Part shown: positions 1-6,304 of the stretch, piece after piece | Position numbering within the stretch: position 1 is the first letter of the stretch | How the letters are laid out: each line of letters opens with the position of its first letter | Assembly (NCBI GenBank): GCA_963762145.1 | Contig: CAVXJS010000004.1 | Location: forward strand, 1-14,429 | Direction of reading: 5' to 3' | Source: an uncultured Candidatus Rokubacteria bacterium | GTDB lineage: Bacteria; Methylomirabilota; Methylomirabilia; Rokubacteriales; CSP1-6 | DNA: 14,429 bases | The notes under the pieces: generated by a model | The model's input: the letters and a program-made list of their open reading frames with translations, nothing else | Databases searched by the model: none | What the model was told of the DNA's origin: nothing | Position numbers and translations under genes: made by a program

Positions 1-26
1 ACCCCCGGCAGCCGGTAGCCCCGCAT
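1..26 (-). CDS. Possible 5' end of the next gene of the left operon (MRGYRLPG..., runs off the window)
   Basis: Minus-strand ATG at 26-24 is preceded by GAGGGGG (36-30) and lies 34 bp after the stop of 61..1047. Only 8 codons are visible. Confidence 0.35.
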
Positions 27-60
27 TCGCCCCCTCGCCCCTCGAGGAGGCGCGCCGGCC

Positions 61-1047
61 CTACTGGATCTTGCCCGCGGCATTCATGAGAAATCTTGCC
101 TCCGCGAATGATTCCCTTGCCTCGTCGGCGAGACCCTGCCGCGCGTAAAGGCTGCCCAGGAGGAAATGCAGGGTCGGCTCCTCGGGCTGCCGGGCCAGTT
201 CTTCCATCAGGCTGAGACGGGCATCGTGAAGCAGACCATTGGCCGCGAGAAAACCGGCCCGCAGCGTCACGAGCGTGGCGGACGGCAATGCAGGGGCGAA
301 CGCCGCTCCGAGGTCGTTCAGCTCATCGCGGATCGTCCGGGCGCGGTCGGCGGCGACCAGCTCGAACCACGCGTCCTGTGGCGGGCCCCAGGCCGGGAGG
401 AGCTGGAACCTGTACCGGACGCCGGCCGCCAGGGGGGGCGCGTTCCGGGGGTACTGGAATCGGGTGGCCGCGAGATTCGTGCGCTCGAACACCAGACCAT
501 CGGGCCCACTGATGCGAACACCGTACGCGGAAGACTGGCTCCCGCGCCACTCGAAGATCAGGGAATCGGGGAGCACGAGGCCATTGTGGGGCGTCAGGAT
601 CACCGGGGGCTTGAGCCCTCCCCGCGTGCCCAGGGGCCCGAACGTCAGATCCTTCGGGGTCGTCGTGGCCAGGAAGTCGATGCTCGCTTCGAGGATCCGC
701 AGGCCCTTGTGAAGCCGGCTGCCTCCGGGGGAAGGGGCCGGAACCGTGAACGGGGAAGACGCCTCGTTGACCTTGGTGCTTCCACGTCCGCCGGTCAGCA
801 CGACGACCACCCACGCATCCTCGGTCGTGCTCACCGTGTCCCCGCCTCTCAGGGTCAGGAGGGGTGTCGCGGCGCGCCAGCGTTCGCCTTCAGCCGACCT
901 GACTTCGACCTGCCCACGCCCGGCGTGAATCTCGGTAATCATCCCGGCCACCTCCCGTTCCGCGCCTGCGGCGACGGGCGGGGACCACAGCATGCCAGGC
1001 AGGATCAGGATGCTCCACCACCAGCTTGTCCGCTTCATCACGCTCAT
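61..1047 (-). CDS. Secreted protein: N-terminal FecR-like beta domain, central DUF928-like region, C-terminal TPR
   Basis: 328-aa ORF with GGAGG RBS (1061-1057) 9 nt before the ATG. Signal-peptide-like N-terminus (KR..WWWSILILPGMLWSPPVAAGA). FecR-like segment GQVEVR..W...L..GDTVST. The pattern ILTP..LIFEW..LAAGVRYRFQL..FLAANGLLHDAR..L..QPEEPTL resembles DUF928. TPR-like LHFLLGSLYARQGLADEARESF. Confidence 0.75.
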   Translation of the reverse strand: MSVMKRTSWWWSILILPGMLWSPPVAAGAEREVAGMITEIHAGRGQVEVRSAEGERWRAATPLLTLRGGDTVSTTEDAWVVVVLTGGRGSTKVNEASSPFTVPAPSPGGSRLHKGLRILEASIDFLATTTPKDLTFGPLGTRGGLKPPVILTPHNGLVLPDSLIFEWRGSQSSAYGVRISGPDGLVFERTNLAATRFQYPRNAPPLAAGVRYRFQLLPAWGPPQDAWFELVAADRARTIRDELNDLGAAFAPALPSATLVTLRAGFLAANGLLHDARLSLMEELARQPEEPTLHFLLGSLYARQGLADEARESFAEARFLMNAAGKIQ

Positions 1048-1140
1048 GACTGGGTTCCTCCCCGGTCGCGGACCATTGAACGAAGGGTGGACGCCCGGCC
1101 CGGCCCCCTGGGGTCGCGCCTAGCGTGTCTGAGCATTGCG

Positions 1141-1157
1141 GGCAAGGCCCATGCCAC
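1141..1157 (-). promoter_or_regulatory. Sigma-54 (RpoN) -24/-12 promoter for the 61..1047 gene
   Basis: Minus strand reads TGGCAT-GGGCC-TTGC (1156-1142), matching TGGCAC-N5-TTGC at 9 of 10 defined positions with exact GG-N10-GC spacing. It is intergenic, correctly oriented and about 95 bp upstream of the ATG. Confidence 0.7.
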
Positions 1158-1342
1158 GGGCACTGTCTCGACATCACGGGACTTTTCGAGGGGACGGTCG
1201 CCGCTCAGGCGACTTTCTGCCCGATTCGACCTTGTGCCGTGCCCGAACATGCGGGTCTGCGGTACGATTCCTCGGATAGCAGGCGCCGGTTCGGTCCCCG
1301 GCGCCGGTGGGCCCACGTGTACTTGCGGGAGATCCAGCACCG

Positions 1343-2302
1343 ATGCCCTACTCGTCGCCGATCTTCGATAGCGAACTGGAGCTGTACTTCCGGGAAGTCC
1401 CCCACGACTCCGTCCTGGACATCGGGGCCGGGGAAGGCAAGTACGGCGAGATGCTTCGCCGAGTACAGCCGAACGCGAAGCGGATCGCGGTAGAGCTCGA
1501 TACGGACTACGTCGAAGAGTACAAGCTCCGAGATCTCTACGATGAAGTCTGGGATCGTGACGCAGCCGATCTCATGAACGACCTCGACCGCACGTACGAT
1601 GCCGTGATCCTCGGCGACTGCATCGAGCACATGCGCAAGAGCGTCGGGTTGGACCTGCTGAACTTTCTCGTCTATCGCTCGAGAATCATCGTCGTGAAGT
1701 TTCCGATCCAGATGATTCAAGACCCGTACCAGGGTCACAAGAGCGAGGCGCATATCTCGGTGTGGTCTGAGCACGACTTCCGGGGTATGGACTGCTTCTT
1801 CGCCGAGCGAGACCATATCTGCCTCGCCATGGTGAGGGGCTATCGGAGCCAGACCATGGAGTGGATCCCGGACGCGGTGATGCAGCGTTTCGGCTACCGC
1901 AGCATGGCCGAGTTCTACGCGAGAGATCCCGCGCGGTTGTTGCTCGCGGACGTCGAATCCCGCCGCCGAGGATCAGCGCGGTCCGAGATTCGCATGACCA
2001 TTCCGTCCGGTGCGACCTACATCCTGGTCGACGAGCTGCAGACGGATCTCGCCGCCGACGCGGACCACAAGGCGTTGCCGTTTCTCGAACGGAACGGTGA
2101 ATACTGGGGCCCTCCCACGGACTCGCAGGAAGCCATCCGGGAGATCGAACGCATGCGCCGGTCCGGGTGTACGCACATCGTCTTCGCGTGGCCGGCCTTC
2201 TGGTGGCTGGAATACTACCGAGGCATGACGGAGTACCTCCGCACGCGGAGCCGGTGCGTGCTGGAGAGCGACCGACTGAGGATGTTCGACCTGCGGGACT
2301 AG
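1343..2302 (+). CDS. Class I SAM-dependent methyltransferase with an additional C-terminal domain of unknown function
   Basis: Motif I VLDIGAGEGKYG, acidic motif II IAVELD, and YDAVILGDCIEH. Start placed at ATG 1343 (MPYSS, 319 aa) after GGGAGA at 1327-1332, rather than at 1307. Confidence 0.85.
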   Translation: MPYSSPIFDSELELYFREVPHDSVLDIGAGEGKYGEMLRRVQPNAKRIAVELDTDYVEEYKLRDLYDEVWDRDAADLMNDLDRTYDAVILGDCIEHMRKSVGLDLLNFLVYRSRIIVVKFPIQMIQDPYQGHKSEAHISVWSEHDFRGMDCFFAERDHICLAMVRGYRSQTMEWIPDAVMQRFGYRSMAEFYARDPARLLLADVESRRRGSARSEIRMTIPSGATYILVDELQTDLAADADHKALPFLERNGEYWGPPTDSQEAIREIERMRRSGCTHIVFAWPAFWWLEYYRGMTEYLRTRSRCVLESDRLRMFDLRD

Positions 2303-2313
2303 CTCGTCGTCGG

Positions 2314-3207
2314 CTACGGCACCTCGCGCGAGTCGAGCTGCGGCTCGAGCGGAATCCGCGTCTCGTGGCAGCCGTACGCGTGCGGGGTCAGCTCGATCAC
2401 GCTGTGCAGCGGGATGGGCAGGTACGGGCAGCGCTCGCGCGGAAGACCCTGGAAGTACGCGTAGAGCGCGCGCAGCACCGCGTTGTGGGCGACGACCAGC
2501 ACCGGCTTGCGCGTGCGCTCGAGCTCGATGATCACCGGGTCCAGGCGCAGGATCACGTCCTGGTACGACTCGCCGCGCGGATAGCGGTAGGTGAACTTGT
2601 CGCGTCGGCGCGCGGCATACTCCTCGGGCAGGCGCTCCTGGATCTGCGCGTAGCTCATGCTGTCGCAGATGCCGGCGTCGATCTCGTCGAGCGCGCGCCA
2701 CGGCCAGGGCGTTCGGCCGAGCGGCGCGGCGGTCTGGACCGCGCGCCGCAGCGAGCTCGTCCAGATCACCACGCCGTCGCGATCCGGGTCGCGCCGGTCG
2801 AGGAACTCGGCGAGCGACTCCGCGTAGCGATGGCCGGCGGGCGTCAGGTCGGGATCGCCGCCGAGCACCCCGGCGACGTTGAACACGCTCTCGCCGTGGC
2901 GGGTGAGCCAGATCGGGCGCGCGGTCAGGTGCAGGTTCATCAGGAAGAACACGAGGCGCGCGGCCAGGTAGCCGTCGACGTTGCTCACGGTGACACCGCG
3001 TCCGGGGCCGGTGACGCGCAGGTACGCGCCCTCGTCGTCGTCGAGCGGCTCGGTACACGCGCTCGTAGTGGGCGATGCGGGCGCGGAAGTCGGTCGACCG
3101 CCTCGTCGGGATCCGCTGTCCTCGTAGTCGGGCGACGACAGCTTGGTGCTGCGGATGTTGGCCTCGATGATGTGCGGCTCATCGCAGCGGATCTCGATGA
3201 ACAGCAC
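2314..3207 (-). CDS. C-terminal fragment of PFK-2/FBPase-2 (end of the kinase domain plus histidine-phosphatase FBPase-2 domain)
   Basis: Contains RPIWLTRHGES, WTSSLRRAVQT, WRALDEIDAGIC, DKFTYRYPRGESYQD, VAHNAVLR and PLHSVIELTPHAYGC. The apparent start at 3207 is an internal GTG. Confidence 0.85.
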   Translation of the reverse strand: MLFIEIRCDEPHIIEANIRSTKLSSPDYEDSGSRRGGRPTSAPASPTTSACTEPLDDDEGAYLRVTGPGRGVTVSNVDGYLAARLVFFLMNLHLTARPIWLTRHGESVFNVAGVLGGDPDLTPAGHRYAESLAEFLDRRDPDRDGVVIWTSSLRRAVQTAAPLGRTPWPWRALDEIDAGICDSMSYAQIQERLPEEYAARRRDKFTYRYPRGESYQDVILRLDPVIIELERTRKPVLVVAHNAVLRALYAYFQGLPRERCPYLPIPLHSVIELTPHAYGCHETRIPLEPQLDSREVP

Positions 3208-3571
3208 CTGGAAGCCGGCGCTGCTCGCAGCGGGCGCGCACCATCGCGCGGCGGGCGCGCGTGGTGTTGGTGGCGTCGTAGATCGCGACCTCTCCTTCGG
3301 CCGCGAGCCACGCGTCCATGTCGTCGAGCGCCGCCATCGCCGCCGCCCGGCGCGCCTCTTCGCCCTGCGCGTTGTCGGGATCGAAGAAGCTGTGCGGCAT
3401 CTGGGCGCCGACCCGCGCGCGCCGGTACTCGCCGACGTTGAAGACGCCGGTGCGATAGCCGAGCCACGAGAGATAGCGCTCGATGCGGCGCGCGGTGTAG
3501 CTCTTGCCGCGCGCCGGCAGCCCGACCATGACTATCGCGAGCCGGTCGTCCAGGATGGTGGCGCCCGCCAT
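3179..3571 (-). CDS. N-terminal fragment of PFK-2/FBPase-2 (P-loop kinase domain), as a gene caller would report it
   Basis: 130 aa from ATG 3571. Walker A GLPARGKS and DATNTTR are present; the frame loses homology after CEQ (about 3221). Confidence 0.8.
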   Translation of the reverse strand: MAGATILDDRLAIVMVGLPARGKSYTARRIERYLSWLGYRTGVFNVGEYRRARVGAQMPHSFFDPDNAQGEEARRAAAMAALDDMDAWLAAEGEVAIYDATNTTRARRAMVRARCEQRRLPGAVHRDPLR

Positions 3572-3598
3572 GACATTCTCCACTCTACTCCCGAGTCC

Positions 3599-3627
3599 TT
3601 GACTCGTCACCGTTGTCGCGGCACTAT
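3599..3627 (+). promoter_or_regulatory. Putative sigma-70 promoter for the cysteine hydrolase
   Basis: TTGACT (3599-3604), a 17-bp spacer, then CACTAT (3622-3627), in the 85-bp divergent intergenic region. The -10 match is weak. Confidence 0.4.
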
Positions 3628-3656
3628 CGAGCCCCGGAGGCCCAGAGGACAGGCTA

Positions 3657-4364
3657 GTGAGCACCGCGCACGAGAAGTACATCGCCCTCCAGCGGCACCG
3701 CAATGCGGGCCCCCTGGCGCTCGATCCCCGCACCACCGCGCTCCTGATCATCGACATGCAGGAGTACTTCGTGAACCCGGCCTCGCCCTTTTCGCGGGCC
3801 TGTGAGGCCATCGTTCCGGGCGTCCTGAGCCACTTCCAGGAGCGCGGCCGCGGCGTCGTCGAGCCCTCGCTCCGGCGGCTGCTCGACTTCTTCCGGGCCC
3901 GTGGGCTGCGGATCGTCTACACCACCGTGGCCTCGGAGCTGCGCGATGGCCGCGACCTGATGCCGATCTTCCAGCAGCGGAACGCGGCCAACCGGGCCGC
4001 GGTGGGCGACGCCGCGATTCCGCCACGGGGCGACGCATGGGCTCGCATCGTCGCGAGTCTCGAGCCGCGACCGGACGAGCTCGTCGTGAACAAGACGACC
4101 TACGGCACGTTCAGCTCGACGGGGCTCGACCACGCCCTGCGCGCGCTCGGCATCACGTCGCTCGTGGTGGGGGGCGTGGTGACGAACGTCTGCGTGGAGA
4201 CCACCGCGCGCGACGCCGCCGATCGCGGCTACGAGGTGGTACTGCTCGACGACGGGTGCGCCGCGTACTCGCCGGAGATCCACGAGGCCACCCTGCTCTC
4301 GTTCCAGGGCCCGTTCGGCCGGGTGCGGAGAGCCGACGAGGTGCTGGCGCTCCTGGACCGATGA
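3657..4364 (+). CDS. Isochorismatase-family cysteine hydrolase
   Basis: Asp-Lys-Cys triad motifs ALLIIDMQEYF, NKTTYGTF and GVVTNVCVETTARDAADRGY. GTG start with GAGG at 3645-3648. Confidence 0.92.
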   Translation: MSTAHEKYIALQRHRNAGPLALDPRTTALLIIDMQEYFVNPASPFSRACEAIVPGVLSHFQERGRGVVEPSLRRLLDFFRARGLRIVYTTVASELRDGRDLMPIFQQRNAANRAAVGDAAIPPRGDAWARIVASLEPRPDELVVNKTTYGTFSSTGLDHALRALGITSLVVGGVVTNVCVETTARDAADRGYEVVLLDDGCAAYSPEIHEATLLSFQGPFGRVRRADEVLALLDR

Positions 4365-4376
4365 GCCGGGGCCGGT

Positions 4377-5426
4377 TCAGCCGAGCTTCGGCATCACCTG
4401 CTCGGCGAACACGCGCATCGTGCGCTCGACCTCGGCGCGCGGCAGCATCGCGCCCTGGTCGAACCAGCCGATGATCTGGGAGAGCCCGAACTCCTCCTTC
4501 GCGCGCTGGAGACGGTCCACCACCTCCGCCGCGTCGCCGAACACGGCCTGATCCCGGCAGAACTTCTCGTAGGGCAGGTCGGCGATCGTCTCCCGGATGA
4601 ACTTGAGCCGGGGCAGGTGATCGCCGTAGGAGTCGGGCAGGCTCGAGAAGATCGTCTCCAGGTTCTTGTAGTACTGCATCACACCGGGCCGCATCGCGTC
4701 GCGCGCCGCCGCGGACGTGGCCCCGACGTGGACCGGCTGCATCAGCGCCATCTGCTCGGGCCCCCACGGGTGCCCGGCCGCGGCGAGCTTCTCGCGATAG
4801 GCGGTCATGCACTCGCGCAGCAGGGGCAGCGGGGTGGTCGTCGTGCCCGAGTAGATCGGCAGCCCCAGCTCCGCGATGTGGGCGAAGCTCTCCGGCGTGT
4901 GCACCGCCACCCGGATGGGCGGGTGCGGACGCTGGAGCGGCTTCGGCACCACCGAGAGGTTCTCGATCTGGTAGAACCGCCCGTCGTAGCTGAAGCGGTC
5001 CTTCGTCCAGGCCAGGCGGATGATGTCGAGGCACTCGGCGAAGCGGGCGCGGTTCTCTCCGACCGGCACCCGGAAACCGTGGAACTGGGTGGGAATGGAG
5101 CCGCGGCCCACCCCGAACTCGAGGCGACCGCCCGAGAGGATGTCCGCGGTGGCGGCCTGCTCCGCGCAGTCGAGCGGCTGGTGCAGCGGCAGCAGGGTCA
5201 CCGCGGTGCCGACGCGAATGCGCTTGGTGCGCTGGGCGATCGCGGGCACCGCCATGAGCGGGGTGGAGAGCAGGGAGAAGGCGGCGCCGAAGTGGATCTC
5301 GGCGAGCCAGGCCACGTCGAAGCCGAGCGAGTCGGCGAGCGTGGCCAGCTCGAGCATCTCGGTGAAGCGCTGGGCGTGGCTCTCGCCGGCCCGCTCCGGC
5401 GCCTGGAAGAAGAGGCCGAATCGCAT
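4377..5426 (-). CDS. LLM class (luciferase-like) flavin-dependent oxidoreductase/monooxygenase
   Basis: Motifs MRFGLF, LGFDVAWLAEIHF, TKRIRVGTAV, DILSGGRLEFGVGRG and PKPLQRPHPPI; 349 aa. Confidence 0.92.
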   Translation of the reverse strand: MRFGLFFQAPERAGESHAQRFTEMLELATLADSLGFDVAWLAEIHFGAAFSLLSTPLMAVPAIAQRTKRIRVGTAVTLLPLHQPLDCAEQAATADILSGGRLEFGVGRGSIPTQFHGFRVPVGENRARFAECLDIIRLAWTKDRFSYDGRFYQIENLSVVPKPLQRPHPPIRVAVHTPESFAHIAELGLPIYSGTTTTPLPLLRECMTAYREKLAAAGHPWGPEQMALMQPVHVGATSAAARDAMRPGVMQYYKNLETIFSSLPDSYGDHLPRLKFIRETIADLPYEKFCRDQAVFGDAAEVVDRLQRAKEEFGLSQIIGWFDQGAMLPRAEVERTMRVFAEQVMPKLG

Positions 5427-5439
5427 CGCGCGCCCGGCC

Positions 5440-6282
5440 TCAGGCGCGCGCGAGCGGCCAGCCGAGCCACTCGCAGACGCCGCGTCCCATCACGTACTCC
5501 AGATCCTCGCCCTTGAGCCACGGCAGGTGCTGGGTGAAGAGCGTGATGCACTCGTAGTAGGTGCACGGCATGCGGGTGAGATCGGTCCCCCAGAACGTGC
5601 GCTTCGGGCCGAACGCGTCCACGAGCCGCCGGATGCCGTCGTGGAGATCCGGGAACGGGTAGGGCTGGGCCGAGAGCGAGACCATGCCCGAGGCCTTCAC
5701 CGACACGTTCGGGTGCTTGGCCAGTGCGCACACCGCGGGCAGCTCCTCGAAGACCTTGGGCGCCTTGCCGCGCACGCTGATGCCCACGTGGTCGATCACG
5801 AGCTTGAGGCCGGGATGGCGCGTGGCGATGCGATCGAGGTGATCGAGCGCGCCCGGCACCAGGACCATCAAGGGGATGCCCGCCTTCTCGGCCGCGGCCC
5901 AGAGCCAGTCCGCGGAGCCGTCGGTGAGCAGGTGGCGGTAGTGCTCGTTGTGGAAGGTGAAGCGCATGCCGAGCATGCCCGGCTGCTTCCGCCAGTCGGC
6001 CACGAGGGCGCGGCTCGCGATATCTTGGAGTCCGAGGCGGCCCATGACCGCGAAGCGATCGGGATAGCTGCGCGCGGCCTCCAGCGCCATGTCGTTGCGG
6101 TCGCCTTCCCACGAGGGCGGCACCAGCACCATGCGCCGCACGCCCGCGAGATCCATCTGGAAGAGCAGCGTCTCTTTGAGGATCGGGTAGGGCTTCTGCG
6201 CTTCCGCCGCGCGGCCGGGTGGCCACGGCCGGCTGGGGCTCTCCGCGGCCCAGAGGTGCACCTGCGCGTCGACGATATCCAT
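5440..6282 (-). CDS. Amidohydrolase_2 family protein (lactonase-like TIM-barrel hydrolase)
   Basis: Motifs IVDAQVHLW, GMRF, LVIDHVG, NVSVKASG and FGPKRTFWGTD. AGGAG RBS at 6292-6288. Confidence 0.88.
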   Translation of the reverse strand: MDIVDAQVHLWAAESPSRPWPPGRAAEAQKPYPILKETLLFQMDLAGVRRMVLVPPSWEGDRNDMALEAARSYPDRFAVMGRLGLQDIASRALVADWRKQPGMLGMRFTFHNEHYRHLLTDGSADWLWAAAEKAGIPLMVLVPGALDHLDRIATRHPGLKLVIDHVGISVRGKAPKVFEELPAVCALAKHPNVSVKASGMVSLSAQPYPFPDLHDGIRRLVDAFGPKRTFWGTDLTRMPCTYYECITLFTQHLPWLKGEDLEYVMGRGVCEWLGWPLARA

Positions 6283-6304
6283 GGGATCTCCTGTGAGAGC
6301 GGAG

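Larger units (their letters stand above)
2314..3571 (-). pseudogene. Bifunctional 6-phosphofructo-2-kinase/fructose-2,6-bisphosphatase (PFKFB-like), frameshifted as sequenced; possibly an intact gene with sequence errors
   Basis: ATG at 3571 with GGAG RBS (3581-3578). Kinase motifs MVGLPARGKS, FNVGEYRR, DATNTTR, KLSSPDY. Phosphatase motifs RHGES, LDEIDAG, YRYPRGESY, AHNAV. Removing one base near each of 3220, 3117, 3094 and 3052 gives one continuous 417-aa ORF. Confidence 0.9.

Noticed and set aside
1282-1308. GGCGCCGG inverted/direct repeat upstream of the methyltransferase
   Set aside because: An 8-bp all-GC stem is expected by chance at this composition, and there is no U-tract or recognisable riboswitch.
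166-1816. ORFs 166..1371 (+), 1044..1340 (-), 1125..1493 (+) and 1205..1816 (-)
   Set aside because: They shadow the two real genes or cross an intergenic region that holds promoter elements, and show no motifs.
3050-3222. Programmed ribosomal frameshifting or RNA editing as the explanation for the PFK-2 breaks
   Set aside because: No slippery heptamer or long homopolymer is present at the sites, and four successive events would be needed. Sequence error or decay is simpler.
1973-3467. ORFs 1973..3058 (-), 2167..3441 (+) and 2985..3467 (-) as separate genes
   Set aside because: Shadow frames. Only the short ADPDEAV stretch of 2985..3467 is meaningful, as a frameshifted piece of PFK-2.
3572-3811. 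80-aa N-terminal extension of the PFK-2 ORF
   Set aside because: It overlaps the divergent cysteine hydrolase. Homology begins just after ATG 3571, which has its own RBS.
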